A stretch of DNA of 64,000 nucleotides from Leucoraja erinacea (GCF_028641065.1 NC_073405.1:12090001-12154000), one strand, 5' to 3'; shown: positions 38,303-51,160, counted from the first letter of the stretch. Notes: generated by a model not told the origin, from the sequence alone. Translations and numbers: made by a program.

Positions 38303-39164
38303 CCCCATTTAAGTTAGTTCCATTTGCCTGCATTTGGCCCACAGTATATGCTTCTAAACCTGTTCTATCCATTTACAAATCCAAGTGTCTTTTCAATGTT
38401 GTGATTATACCTTCCTCCTTTGGAAGCTCGTTCCAGGTGAGGGGGGGGGAAATTGGCAGCTGGGTGACGTAACTGACCAAGGAGCCAAAAGTGTGTCAGA
38501 TGAGGAGAGAAAAGGAGTGAAATGTAAAGCCAGAGGGAGGGATATAGGTGGAAGGGGATAAGGAGGAGAGGACAGAGGGGAGATATAAAAACAGAAATGA
38601 GGGTCTCAGGGATGAGTGTACAAATGGGGGGCGGGAGAGAAGTGAGGTAACTGGAGGGTGTGGGAGATAGTGGAATACATTGGTAGGGCAGGGTGGGGTG
38701 AGGAGTGGGGGCATGAAAGATAAAGGGGAAAGATAACCACCTACTCAGAATATACACACGGGAGGAAATGCCTCTCCAGGAGCCACGGAGGAGCAGATGC
38801 AGGTGACATATTAGGATTTGAATGTTGACTTGTAGTGTCATAAAAAATGACTGGAATTCCAAGGCTATTTTTCACCAGTTGAGCAAGAGTTCCAGCGGGC
38901 AAAACCCTTTGATGAAAATAAATAGGACAAACTGTATATTTGAGTGGAGAGATTAACTTTGAAGACTTAAACTCAAATAACATACTTGGGATTGTTTTCT
39001 CTGGAGGCTAAGGGGAGACCCGAGTTAAGTATATAAAACTATGAAAGCCATAGCAAGGATAGATAGTCAGAATCTTATTGCCCCGGGGTGGAAATATCAA
39101 AGACTACAGAGCCCAGCTTTAAAAGGAGAAGGGCAATGTTTAAAGGAGATGGGCACACAGAGGG

Positions 39165-39595
39165 TGGTCATGAGGTCATGTGATTAAAGCAGAATCAAGT
39201 CTACTCTATTCAATCACGGCTGAGCTATCTCTCCCTCCTTACCCCATTCTCCTGCCTTCTCCCCATAACCCCTGACATCTGTACTAATCAAGAATCTATC
39301 TATCTCTGCCTTAAAAATATCAATAGACTTGGCCTCCACTGCCTTCTGTGGCAAAGAATACCACAGATTCACCACCCCCCTGACTAAAGAAATTCCTCCT
39401 CATCTCCTTCCTAATGGAAAATCTTTTAATTCTGAGGCTATGACCTCCAGTCCTAAGCTCTCCCTTTAGTGGAAACAGCCCCTCCACACCCACTCTATCC
39501 AAGCCTTTCACTACTCGGTACATTTCAATGAGGTCTCCCCTCATCCTTCTTAACTCCAGCGAGTACAGGCCCAGTGCCGTCAAACGCTCATCATG
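39165..39595 (-). mobile_element. CR1 3' fragment nested in a sense CR1 fragment (38985-39815)
   Basis: LTALGLYSLELRRMRGDLIEMYRVVKGLDRV..LFP..ELRTGGHSLRIK..MRRNFFSQ. Confidence 0.87.
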
Positions 39596-40580
39596 TGTTT
39601 GATATTATGGGTTGGTGCCTGGAATGTATTAACTGGGGTGGAAGTGGAGGCAGATGTGATAGTGGCATTTAAAAAGTGTTTAGATAGGCATATGGATATG
39701 CAGGGCAGGGGGGGAGGTGGATAATGTGCTGGCAGAGCAGATTATTTTAACTATGTTCAGCACAGGCATTGTGGGCCGAAGGGCCTGTCCCTGAGTTGTA
39801 CTGTCCTCTGTTCTGACACCGTGGTACATTAAGATCAGAGGAGCAAACAGTCTCCTGATCCAGAAGATTAACGATGAGAAGGGTGAAGTTTCAACTAAGC
39901 AACCGGGGATATTTAAGAAGACAAAACAGAGCAATGAACTGAAAAATAATGAGAAAAAGTGACATAATAATTGCACAGAGAATTCAAAATGTAAGTTTAC
40001 AAAAATACAAAGGAGCATAAGGGACAGATTGTGAAAGGGGATGGTGAATAGAAAGCAATTAGACATCACCACTGAGCGACTAGAGATAATTTAATCTCTG
40101 TTGAAAATGTTAAGGAGTTACATACACGACTTAGGGAAAACACGACTTTGAGGGTAAGCTTGTTGAAAATCAGTTGAAATTTATAAAAATAAAAATATGA
40201 AATAAAATCAGAAGTTGCTGGAAACACTCAGCTGGTGAGGCAGCATCTGGGGTAAGAGAGAGATAGTGTTTAATATTCTGATCAAAGGCACTTTATGAGA
40301 CGTGGGAAATCTCAGTTCCAATGAAAGATCTTCGATGTGAAACATTAACTCTTGTTTCTTATTCTACAGATACTGCCTACCTGCTGAGTCCCTACAGCAG
40401 TTTGTTTCCCAAGACAGATTATACCATCGTTTTAGCCAGAAACGATTTTCTGATCCTCAGCAATAGACACAGAGTGCTGGAATAACGTAGTTGTTCAGGC
40501 AACAATTGTGGAAGGAATGGATGGGCCTATCCATTCTCTCCACAGATGCTGCGTGATCCCTTGCGTCACTCCAGCACTTA

Positions 40581-40943
40581 AGGGCCTGTCCCACGAGCAT
40601 GCGACCTGCATGCGGCAAGCGCGACCTAAAGGGCCGATCCCACCTAACATGCGCCTGCATGCAGCCACCGCGACCAAACCAGAAGCAGGGGCCGCGCGGA
40701 GGTCGAGTGAGCGACATGAAGTTCGAGCGAAGTCCACGGGAATTTTTAAACACAGTCAGTTTTTCAGAGCCCCGCGCAATGTCGGGACCAGCTCCGCTCA
40801 ACTCCATACGGCTCCGGCGATTGAAGGAGGACCGGCCCCGCGAGGCCCTACGGCTCAAGCGACCACGTTAGGTCGCGCTTGCCGCATGGAGTCGCTTAGG
40901 TCGCGCTTGCCTCATGGAGTCGCATGCTCGTGGGACAGGCCCT
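40581..40943. mobile_element. PIF/Harbinger-type MITE, family A
   Basis: Perfect 25-bp TIR AGGGCCTGTCCCACGAGCATGCGAC, TTA on both sides (40578-40580, 40944-40946), no coding capacity. Confidence 0.82.
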
Positions 40944-41369
40944 TTAGATCGGCACTCAAACATCAGATGCCCTGACATCAGTTTGAAGAAGGGTCTCCAC
41001 CTGAAACGTCACCCATTCCTTCTCTCTAGAGATGCTGTCCTGTTGAGTTACTCCAGCATTTTGTGTCTACCCTCTCTCCACTCAAACAATTCACTGGTGT
41101 GCTTTAAAACCCCGCTGAGCTACTCCAGCATTTTGTGTCCATCTTTGGTGTTAACCAGCATCTGCAGTTCCTTCCTACACACGTCTACCTTTTGCCTCCA
41201 CGGTGACTATCGCAAGCCGTGTGTAAGTGGGAGATCTCACAATTATGCACGGCAGTTTCAGTGGCAGCCAGTTAGAAAGACCGGAGGAACAGAACGAGCT
41301 TAGAGATTCCATCAGTTACAGTGGATAATGGAGAGAATCCGTAGAAATTCAACCCGCGGTAATTATAAG

Positions 41370-41606
41370 AAGGTAGACAAAAATGCTGGAGAAACTCAGC
41401 GGGTGAGGCAGCATCTATGGAGCTAAGAAATTGGTGACGTTTCGGGTCGGGACCCTTCTTCAGACTGATGAGGGGGTGGGGGAGCGGGGGCGGGAAGAAG
41501 AAAGGAAGATGCGGAGACAGTGGGCTGTGGGAGAGCTGGGAAGCGGAGGGGAAGGAGGGAAAAAGCAAGGACCACCTGAAATTGGAGAAGTCAATGTTCA
41601 TACCGT
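41370..41606 (-). mobile_element. PLE 3' end
   Basis: GMNIDFSNFR remnant, UTR and terminus, nearly identical to 6120-6340. Confidence 0.82.
41432..41467 (-). ncRNA. Minimal hammerhead motif, best-preserved copy
   Basis: Minus strand reads cagt-CTGAAGA-A-GGGT-CCCG-ACCC-GAAAC-GTC-acc. Confidence 0.6.
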
Positions 41607-41965
41607 AGTAATTATATGATCATTCATAGCATAGCTAATTAATAGTGATTACTAGAGAGTGGTGGTCTTGTTGACAGGGAGCATGGGAATAACGTACAGA
41701 TCATGGGAATCATGTGCGATGATGCCTAGACCAACACCTCTAAGCCTCGCACATTTGACGTACCTCTATTGGGTCTCCCCTCAACATTCGCTGTTCAAGG
41801 GAAACCAATCCAACTGTCCAACCTCTCCTTGTAGGTAATACCCTCCAATCCAGGAATCACTCTGGTGCTCTGCATCCCGATCATAGCCTCACCATCCTTC
41901 TTGCAATGGGGTGACCAGAACTGGTTAGGCAGTGCTCCAAATGTGGCCTAACCATAGTCCTATTA

Positions 41966-42184
41966 AGGGCCTGTCACCCTTGGGCGTCATTTGCATGTCA
42001 CGCAGGTGGCACGTGAAGATATTGTGAATCCCAAAATCCTGGGGCACCGCGCATGACCGCGCGTCACTGCCTACATCACCACGTACCATGCGCGTGTAAT
42101 GCACGCCATGCGCGCGTCGTGAGTCGTAACGCATAAATGATGTCGCGTAAATGACACGCAAATGACGCCCGTGGGACAGGCCCT
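41966..42184. mobile_element. PIF/Harbinger-type MITE, family B
   Basis: Imperfect ~30-bp TIR agggcctgtc..gggcgtcatttgc / gcaaatgacgcccgtgggacaggccct, TTA on both sides (41963-41965, 42185-42187), CpG-rich. Confidence 0.78.
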
Positions 42185-42524
42185 TTAAATCCGATTCGGC
42201 AACATTCCCAGTCGAATTCCTCCCCAAAAACAACTGCTCCACCCCTTCTCCCACACATTACATCCCCAACACTCACACCTAATCCACACAATGGATGGCT
42301 CGATTGTAATCATGTATTGTCTTTCTGCTGTCTGGTTAGCATGTAACAAAAGTTTTTTTACGATACCATGGTACATGTGACCCTAAACTAAACTAATCAT
42401 GTTGTTCTTCCCCACAGTACTGACTCTTTGTCACACAGTGTGGTTTAATTGCACTAAACCTGAAACTTCACAACTGATAATGAAGCAGCTGAAAGCTGAC
42501 AGAATTCAATAAAATACTGTAATC

Positions 42525-43020
42525 AGAGAAATTGCAGTGGGTTGCTGATGTAGCCCAGTCCATCACACAGACCAAACTCCTCACCATTGGCTCCATCTAC
42601 ACCTCACGCTGCCTCGGGAAAGCGGCCAACATAATCAAGGACCCTGATCATTCCTTCTTCTCCCCTCTCTCAGTGAGCAGAAGGTACAAAAGCTTGAAAG
42701 CAGATGCCTCTAGATTCAGGAACACCATCTTCCCCACTGTTATCAGATTACTGCACAAACATCTTACAGTGTAAGGGTGTAGTCCCAATTTCCCAAACTA
42801 CCTCATTTCAGCAATTTTTTTTTTTTAATCTGCACTTTCTCTGCTACTATAACACTATGATGAAGTAACTCCATATTCTGCTCTCAGGTATTTAGCTCTT
42901 GCAACTACCTGTTGGACTTGTGTAATGGCTTGATTGCACTCATGTCAGTATGATTTGACTGGATAGTACGCAAACATTTTGACTGTATCTTAGCACACAT
43001 GACACTAATAAACCAATAAC
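42525..43020 (+). mobile_element. Rex1/Babar-type LINE 3' fragment
   Basis: AQSITQTKLLTIGSIYTSRCLGKAANIIKDPDHSFFSPLSVSRRYKSLKADASRFRNTIFPTVIRLL, followed by a tail. Confidence 0.8.
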
Positions 43021-43947
43021 AGTATAAAGATTTCCACCAAGCTTATTTTATGTCATTGAACAGAAGTTCAAACTTTTAAGTGCAATGTTGAGATTTGCAG
43101 GACCAAAGAATGAAAAAGCTTAGAGTGGTTATGGCTAGTATAAACCCCCAGCAGCCAGTAATATCTAGTCACTTCAGCTTTGTTTCTGTAATGCTTGCTA
43201 CTCTCTTGTTCAAAAGATGCTTCCTGAAGCCATGTAACCTCATTTAAACTATTTGATTACCGTGGCATTACCTACTCACTTAGCTCGAGATGAATCAGCT
43301 GTGATAAACTGATCTGCAGGAAGCACTTCCCAAAGAGGCCAGAAATCTCTACTTGCCTTCCATAAAAATACAGAAGATGACATATCGTTATTTACAACAT
43401 TAACTAGTAATCAGGGAAGAGTTCCTTTCAAAACACAATAGACGTTATTAAGTACTGGAAAGAATGATAAATACATCAGCTGTGCCTTCATTCTGTACAT
43501 TATACGGTGCTTAATTGGAACAGCTAAAATTACTTATGTCACTGTGTTATATTAATACCGAAACTAAGGATGAGCAAACTATTTTCAAATGACTGTACTC
43601 TTGATGAAGTGTTTTCATTTCAGTGAGGATATGAGAGAGTTCAAGGAAATAAAAAGCAATACCCCTATAACACAAATGCCTCCTACGCATCAGATGATGG
43701 TATTTACATTCTAAATTGTTTGCTAATTACATTTAGTAAATTGTGTATTTTAATATTTCGTTTGTTGCGGAATATTTTACAGGTGTAGGGTGGAAAGCAT
43801 AGATGCTGATAGCATCACGGCCTGGTTCAGCAACTCGAATGCACAGTTACGAAGGAGACTACAGTAAGAATTAGATGCTGCCCGGTCCACCACGGGTACT
43901 GACCTCCCCACCATCGAAGAGATCTACAGGAGGCGCTGCCTCAAAAA

Positions 43948-44924
43948 GGGCAATTTACAATTTTACCTTCAGCAATTTAACCTACAAACCTGTACATCTT
44001 TGCAGTTTGGTTTAGTTTAGAGATACAGCGTGGAAACAGGCCCTTTGGCCCATCGATTAAGAACCAACCGGTACGCCATTGGAGTGTGGGAGGAAACCGG
44101 AGCACCCAGAGAAAACCCATGCGGTAACAGGGGCAACGTACAAACTCCATACAGTCAGCATTTGTAGTCAGGATCAAACCTGGGTCTCTGGCGCTGCCAG
44201 ACAGCAACTTTGTCATTGCTCCACTGTGCCACTCCGCAACTAAGTACAAAGTGCAACCAAACAACACATACAATACATCATGGTTGCTGAGGTAGGATTG
44301 CTGTTAGTGTTGTGCAGGGTGGTTGAAAAGCCTGATGCCAGCATCATCAAAGACCCACACTACCCTGGCCACGCTCTCATCCTGCTGCTACAATCGGATA
44401 GAAGGTATGGGAGGAGTCTGAGAATTGTTACCTTCAGCTTCAAGAACAGATTCTTCACAACAACCATCAGGCTTTTGAACCACCCTGCACAACACTAACA
44501 GCAATCTTACCTCAGCAACCATGATCTATTGTAGGTTTTGCACCATGTACTTAGATGCGGGGCGGCACAGTGGAGCAGCGGTAATGTTGCTGTCTTGCAG
44601 CGACAGAGACCCGAGTTTGATCCTGACTACGAATGCTGGCTGTATGTAGTTTGTACGTCGTCTCTGTTACCACATGGGGTTTTTTCGGGTGTTCCGGTTT
44701 CCTCCCACACTCCAACGGTCTACATGTTTGTACGTTAAGTTGTTTCGGTAAAATAGTAAATTGGGCCTAGTGTGTAGGATAGTGTTAGTGTATGGGGTAA
44801 TCTGGTTGGCGCAGACTCGGTGGGCCGAAGGGCCTGTTTCCGCGCTGTATCTCTAAACTAAACCAAACTGCAAAGATGTAAAGGTTTGTAGGTTCATTGG
44901 CTACGGTAAAATTGTAAATTGTCC
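43948..44924. repeat. Fold-back inverted duplication of a Rex1 tail plus SINE composite
   Basis: 43948-44337 is the reverse complement of 44465-44924, including non-consensus junctions. Confidence 0.85.
44558..44867 (+). mobile_element. HE1-like V-SINE
   Basis: ggggcggcacagtggagcagcgg head through to the ctctaaactaaaccaaa tail. Confidence 0.85.
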
Positions 44925-45671
44925 TTAGTGTGTAGGAGTGCTGGTGTACAGTGTGATCGCTGGTTGGCATGGACTGTTTCCAAGCTGTATCTCTAAAGTC
45001 TATAGTTTGGCAACCTAGTATTAATGATCATTGTATATTTATATACAAGTTATTGCGTTAACGGGCCTTTAAAGGTGCACCAAGTAAGAATTTTATTGTT
45101 CCATTGTCAGTACGTATTACAATGACACAGTCTTGACTCGACTGTTAATTTTGATATTATTAAAGTAGAGGAAATTAATCTTGGCAGCACAATGCAACTT
45201 AACTGCAACCCATTCACGTGGGGCACCAGACCCAGCTCTCTATACAACACAGCAAATACATTACAGGCAATTTTATCTCAAAACAACAGCTCTGCCCATG
45301 ACCGCAAGAAATTACTGAGAGTTATAGACGGAGCCCAGTCCATCACAAAGACCAGACTCTCCATCATTAACTCAATCTACACCACCTTGGGAAGGCAGCC
45401 AGCATAATCACAGACTTGCCTCACCCTGGTTATTCCTTATTCTCGCCATTCCCATTGGATACCGAAGCTTGGAAGTCCGCAACACCAGACTCAGGAACAG
45501 CTTATTCCCTCCCCTCTGTTAGCAGGGTTCTGAATGGTTCTCCCATAAGCTAGGGTACTGTCCCAATCACCTCTACCCCATTGCGGACATTTGACCATGT
45601 CTCTGGAACTGGTGCACTACAATGCTGAGAATTATATTCTGCACTCTATATCCTCCCTTCGTTCTAAGTTC

Positions 45672-45808
45672 GCGGTGGGAGATTGCAACCTTCACGTGGT
45701 CCTCCCTGTTTCAACGAATGCAATCAACCTGGCATGCACAATCAAATTAGATCAAATAGAACAAGTTGTCCTACAACTTTAGGCTGTGCACGTCATACGC
45801 AAGAAAAA
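45672..45808 (+). mobile_element. Short retroposon 3' end with an 11-bp TSD (family unassigned)
   Basis: gttctaagttc at 45661-45671 and 45809-45819. Ends ...catacgcaagaaaaa. Confidence 0.72.
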
Positions 45809-45859
45809 GTTCTAAGTTCAAAGATCTTTTCAACTGCTTAAATTATTGAACAACAGACT

Positions 45860-46272
45860 TGGAGTGCTTTCCCTGGAATGATGGAGGCTGAGGGGAGACT
45901 TGACAGAAGTATATAAAATTAGGAGAGGCAAAGATAAAGTAGACAATCAGAACTTCTCACCTAGGATAGAATTATCAAATACTGGAGGGCATAGGTTTAA
46001 GGTGAGAGGGGCAAAGATTGAAGGAGATGTGCGGTGCAAGTTTTTATTTTACACATAGGGTGGTGGGTGCGTGGAACGCACTGTCAGGGGTGGTGGTGGA
46101 GGCAGAAACTATAGTGGCATTTAAAAAGCTTTTAGATAGGTACATGGATATGCAGGGAATGGAGGGATATGGATGATGTTCAGGCAAATAAGTGTTGGAC
46201 TAGGCATTATGTTTGGCACAGACATTGTGGGTCAAAGGGCCTGTTCCTATCATGGACTGTTCTATGTTCTAT
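45860..46272 (+). mobile_element. CR1-like LINE 3' fragment
   Basis: ggctgaggggagac...gggtcaaagggcctgttcct...ttctatgttctat tail. Confidence 0.85.
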
Positions 46273-46710
46273 ATTCTCCTTGTGGAGGAGAAACACCCTC
46301 CGTTGCATGATCCTTGAATGTACCTTTGTGTAACTTTGCCTTTTGATTGTAGGTTGGTATAACGCATTGCTTGTGGCAGCAGCGCAAGGGATGGATCAGT
46401 AAAAAAGACTTTAAAACACATGCACTGATTAAAGTGATACAGGCAGTAAATCATTGTCTTTTTACCCTGAGTTTGTTTCAATAATACTCTATATAAATTC
46501 ATCTATTTCAAAAAAAAATCCCTCGAATTTTCTGCCACAGAGGGCAGTGGAGGCCAATTCACTGGATTTATTCAGACAGAGACCTATTTATTTATTTATT
46601 TGATTCTTTATTTTGAACAGAATATAAGAATAAAAGATAGATATAGCTCTTAGGGCTAACGGAATCAAGGGATATGGGGAGAAAGCAGGAACAGGGTACT
46701 GATTCTGGAT

Positions 46711-46756
46711 TTTGTGTACCTTCGATCTTCCAGCATCTGCAGTTCCTTCTTGAACA
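46711..46756 (+). mobile_element. 46-bp PLE extreme 3' end with a 14-bp TSD
   Basis: tactgattctggat at 46697-46710 and 46757-46770. Ends cttcttgaaca. Confidence 0.88.
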
Positions 46757-48328
46757 TACTGATTCTGGATGATCAGCCATTGAATGGCCGTGCTGGCTCG
46801 AAGGGCCATATGGCCTATTCCTGCACCTATTTTCTACGTTTCCATGTTTTATACATCAAATACAAAGCAGGTGAGCTATATTTCTTTGAAACCAAGCATT
46901 GTTTTTTTACAGTCCTGCGCTAAAACATTAAGTGCAAGTACAAGACTGAAGCAAGGGATGTAAAGGTTTGATGTTATGATGACGTTTGACCTGGAGTACT
47001 GCAGGCAGCTGATGTGAGAGTGCTCCTTCTACTCGATTGTGTGCGGTATTTATACAATTATACTCTGAGCGTGTGCTCGCTCAGTCAGAGTGTTCTAAAT
47101 GTTATTACCTCGTGGCCAAAGGCAAGGACAATTTCAAAGATTGAACAGTGCAGGATGGAATGACTGGCTCTTGCACAGAGACGGGTTGCTGCCTCGAAAA
47201 TTGATTTTGAAAGGAGAAATGGATTGGACGCTGGTCCAACCATTTTTATGATTGAGGACTTGTCCGCAAAATGCAAGATAGAAACAAAAGCTATAGTAAT
47301 ACAGCTTAAAATGCAATATTGGTACTATAGTAACAACGGATAGCCAAAATCAAAGGTGGTTGATTTCAATTCATTGAAGCAAGATGGGTTGAAAGATGAA
47401 TTTAATCAGTGAAAACTATCCTCTTGTATAAATAGGGCAGGCAGCCAGAACCATCTTTCCCCAAGGTGGAAATTTCAAAGACTAGGGGGGGGGGGGGGAC
47501 TGGGGGGGGGGGGGGGGGCTAGCTTTAAGATGAGAGGGGGCGGGGGAGTTTAAAGGAGGTGTAGGGCAGTTTCTTTTGCTGGTGGGTGCCTGGAACGTAC
47601 TGCCCGGGTTGGTGGTGGAGGCAGATACTATAGTGGCATTTAAGAGGCTTTTAGATAGGAACATGGATATGCAAGGATTGGAGAACAGAGAATATTTTAA
47701 CTTGGCATCACGTTCGGAACAGGCCTCGTGGGCTGCAGGGCCTGTTCCTGTACAGTACTTAAAATAACCCTCTAATTGGGCAAATATCAATTTACTTCGA
47801 GTAGATCAAACTTTCTAATTGCAGCAGCACCACTTGCACGACCGAATCAGGCAAGATCGATGGCCGCATGGAGACACAAGCAACTGCAGATGCCGGAATC
47901 CTGAGCAAAATACAATGTGCTGGATGAACTCAGTGGGTCAGGCAGCATCTCAGGAGAACATGGATGGGCAACATTTTGGGTTGGTACCCTCCATCAGATT
48001 GAAGGTTCTGACCCTAAACCTCACATACTCATGTTCTCCAACGATGCCGTCTGACCTGCCGAGTTACTCCAGCACTTTGTGTCTTTAAAAAAAAAAAAAA
48101 ATAGCACCTGCAGTTCCCAGCAACTCCTGAAGAAGTGCCTGAAACTTGCCTTTTGTCCTGGAGGTCTGTGTCATGAACAGTCAACTGGCTCAAGGTTTGA
48201 CAACGCACGGAGGCAGCTATTCAGACACCTTTCCCTCCACAGTATAACGCACATTGGTCCGAATCATTCTGATCATCCCCTGATGTAGGTTTTAAGTTTG
48301 ATTTACACATTGTCATATGTACAGTGTT

Positions 48329-48511
48329 GAAGAAGGAACTACAGATGCTGGAAAATCAAAGGTAGACAAAAATGCTGGAGAAACTCAGCGGGTGAGGCAG
48401 CATCTATGGAGTAAAGGAAATAGGCAACGTTTCATCCTGAAACGTTGCCTATTTCCTTCGCTCCATAGATGCTGCCTCACCCGTTGAGTTTCTCCAGCAT
48501 TTTTGTCTACC
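48329..48511. mobile_element. Palindromic PLE terminus with a 16-bp TSD
   Basis: tcatatgtacagtgtt at 48313-48328 and 48512-48527. Inverted arms meet at gcaacgtttca-tcc-tgaaacgttgc. Confidence 0.88.
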
Positions 48512-48746
48512 TCATATGTACAGTGTTTTGTTTTGCATGGTATCCAATCAGTTCAGATGATGCTCTACAGACAAAAATCAACTCAAAACCTAGTACAAAA
48601 GATAGACCAGGGGGGAAGGTACAGAGTGCAGAATACAGTTCTCAGCATCTGTTGGGCCAAAGGGTCTCTTTTCGTGCTGGATGGCCGACTCTATGATTCC
48701 CAGGGGAAGAGTCCAATGTCTGCAATAGGGTAGAGGTGAATCGGAC

Positions 48747-48913
48747 CAGTGGCGGACTGGCCAGGGTGTCAGGTGGCCCGATGGCAAGTGGGCCCCTGAT
48801 GAAGCGATAGCAAGTGATGGCAAGTGGGCCCCTGTTAAATGATAGGATTGTAGTTGTGGGCGGGCCCCCTTTGTCTCCTGGCAACCAATATTTTTAGACC
48901 CAGTCCGCCACTG
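48747..48913. mobile_element. hAT-type MITE (167 bp)
   Basis: Perfect 14-bp TIR CAGTGGCGGACTGG/CCAGTCCGCCACTG, 8-bp TSD aatcggac (48739-48746, 48914-48921), internal repeat gatggcaagtgggcccctg x2. Confidence 0.9.
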
Positions 48914-50382
48914 AATCGGACGGTACCCTAGCTTATGGAAGGACCGTTCAGATGCCTGATACCAGAGGGGAAGAAGCTGTTCCTGAGTCTGATGGTACGC
49001 GCTTTCAAGCTTCTGTATCTTATACCCAGATGGGAGCAGGGAGAAGGGAGGAATGAAGGTAGGCCTGATTTATACACACCAAAGCAACAACTGAAATTCA
49101 ACTGGGATTCATTTAGATGAACTGATGCAAGTCACCGACACACAATAACATTAAAATAATGACCGAGCTTTGCTTCCCCTTACAGTGGAATTTCTTCTCT
49201 GTCTTAACAGACTGCATAGCGATGCTCCAAGTCTCTGAGCCCATTGTTCACGGAATCCTTTTTGCCTCTCAAGCTTACTCAAGGAGAATGTGCGACCACT
49301 GTTTAGGTGTCTGTCGTTCAACTTTATTTTTTGTGTGCTCAGACAGAGCAGAACAGAAATCTCCTGACACTCTGCAAACAATTATTTACAGTCAATTATT
49401 TACAGTTTGCAAGGAAAAGCAACATCAAAGCTAGAAAGTTAAATAACTTCAATGACACCCTTTTTAAAAAAAACCTAAAACAAAAACTCTGCTTTTGAAT
49501 CAATGCCTTTGGAGTGATTGTTCTTCAACTTCTCTCCATGGTAAAATGATCAAAGAATTCCAAACTGTGACAGGAGTCCTTAAAATAAATTTCACAGGGC
49601 AAACTCATATCTTCCACAGAGTTGGAGTCCATTTGTGGAAGCTAAAAATACTCATTGAAACATTTGGTGAAGACATTATGCTCAGCTTGTTCAGAGTAAG
49701 CAATGTAGAAGGTCTAGGCTAGTCCACACTGTATCCAGGTAGATTCCTCTTGTAGATTTAATACTACAAATAGGCAAGTGTCATTTGGAAACAAAAGTAT
49801 GTATCATTGACTCCATCTACACCTCAAGCTTCCATGGTCCCACCCCGGTCATTCCTTCTTCTCCCTGCTCCCATCTGTTCCCAAATGGCAGAAGGTACAG
49901 AAGCATGAAAGCATGCACCACCAGACTCAGGACCAGCTTCCCCCCCCCCCCCCCCGTATATTTTTCAAGCTTCTGAATTGTCCTTCCATAAGCTAGGGTA
50001 TTGCCTCTATTTCATTGCGGACATTGGACTGTCTCTGGAACTCATAGAGTCACCCAGCACGGAAATCGGCCCTTTGGCCCAATTGCTGCTCTACAACGTT
50101 GAAAACTAATTAACTTTAAGGTCTAAGACTTGAAAAGGAAAATCAAATCCTTAATTAAGTGATGCTCACGAGACCAGCAAATTCCTGTGTAACTGTGCCA
50201 AGTGCCGCGACCAGAATTTCTATTTATGTGGTAACAATTTCACTGTCATTCCAATAGAAATTTTTGGATCTTTGAATAGTGTATTATCATCATGCAGTGA
50301 TATCAGGCCAAATGCCTGCCGCTCAGAATGGGCCTTTTGTCAACATGGTGTCATCTGTCATCGTGGTATCATCAACATCTGT

Positions 50383-50690
50383 CAGCACAGTGGCACAGTG
50401 GAAGAGTTGCTGCCTTACAGCACCAGCTCCAGAGACCCGGGTTCGATCCTGGCTACAGGTGCTGTCTGCAAGGAGTTTGTACGTTCTCCTCATGACCTGC
50501 ATGGATTTTCTCCGGGTGCTTCCGTTTCCTCTCATATTCCAAACACATGAAGGTGGTAGGATAATAGGCTTCGGTAAAATTGTAAATTGTCCCTAGTGTG
50601 TGTAGGATAGTGCGAGTGTGCGGGGATCGCAGGTTGGCGCAGACTCGGTGGGCCGAAGGGCCCGTTTCCGTGCTGAACTTAACTAAACCA
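50383..50690 (+). mobile_element. HE1-like V-SINE
   Basis: A-box-like tggcacagtgg, B box GGTTCGATCC at 50440-50449, core and tail. Confidence 0.87.
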
Positions 50691-51160
50691 AAAAAATGGA
50701 GGCAGCAAATGAAATCTCATGAGCGTTGAGATAGTTACTGCCACATCAGTTATAAACTGATTACTGAGCAAGGATTGAGGTTGTCAATTGGAGCAACATT
50801 CAGCATGCCAAATTGAAAGTCAATGTCAATTATTTTGTTCCAATGCCTGCTGACTCATGGCATTCAAAACCTGTTAAAACGGTCCAACTACTAAATTCAA
50901 TCTTGTTGCCTGGTACATTGTGACAGTTGAAAGAACAAAGAACCCAAGTTCAACCAGCCCACTGTTGGAGACAATACCATCGTCTGCCAAGGGCCTGAAG
51001 CTTGGAATTCATTCTCTAAATCCTTTTGTACTCCTATCTTAATATCTCTTCGTGGCTCTGAGACAAATGATATTTGATGAAACTCTTGCGAAGTGTCTGG
51101 GCTTGTTTTACCAAGTTAAATACACAACATAATTGCGAGCTATTGTTTCTGTTCGGGTAA

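Noticed and set aside
39778-39795. Additional Harbinger MITE end (aagggcctgtccc)
   Set aside because: It is a variant of the CR1 tail gaagggcctgttcc, with no partner TIR.
40457-40975. Overlapping GC-rich ORFs or a CpG-island promoter (also 57456-58085)
   Set aside because: They coincide exactly with TIR-bounded MITEs. Stop-poor GC-rich sequence explains the ORFs.
46532-46550. CTCF-like motif (gccacagagggcag)
   Set aside because: Mismatched in the 5' core and part of ordinary CR1 ORF2 sequence.
49211-49306. Plus-strand exon candidate after a good acceptor
   Set aside because: Poor donor (gtgtct) and an unrecognisable peptide.
50383-50455. tRNA gene
   Set aside because: A and B boxes are present, but it is the head of a SINE with body and tail attached. 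No proper cloverleaf.
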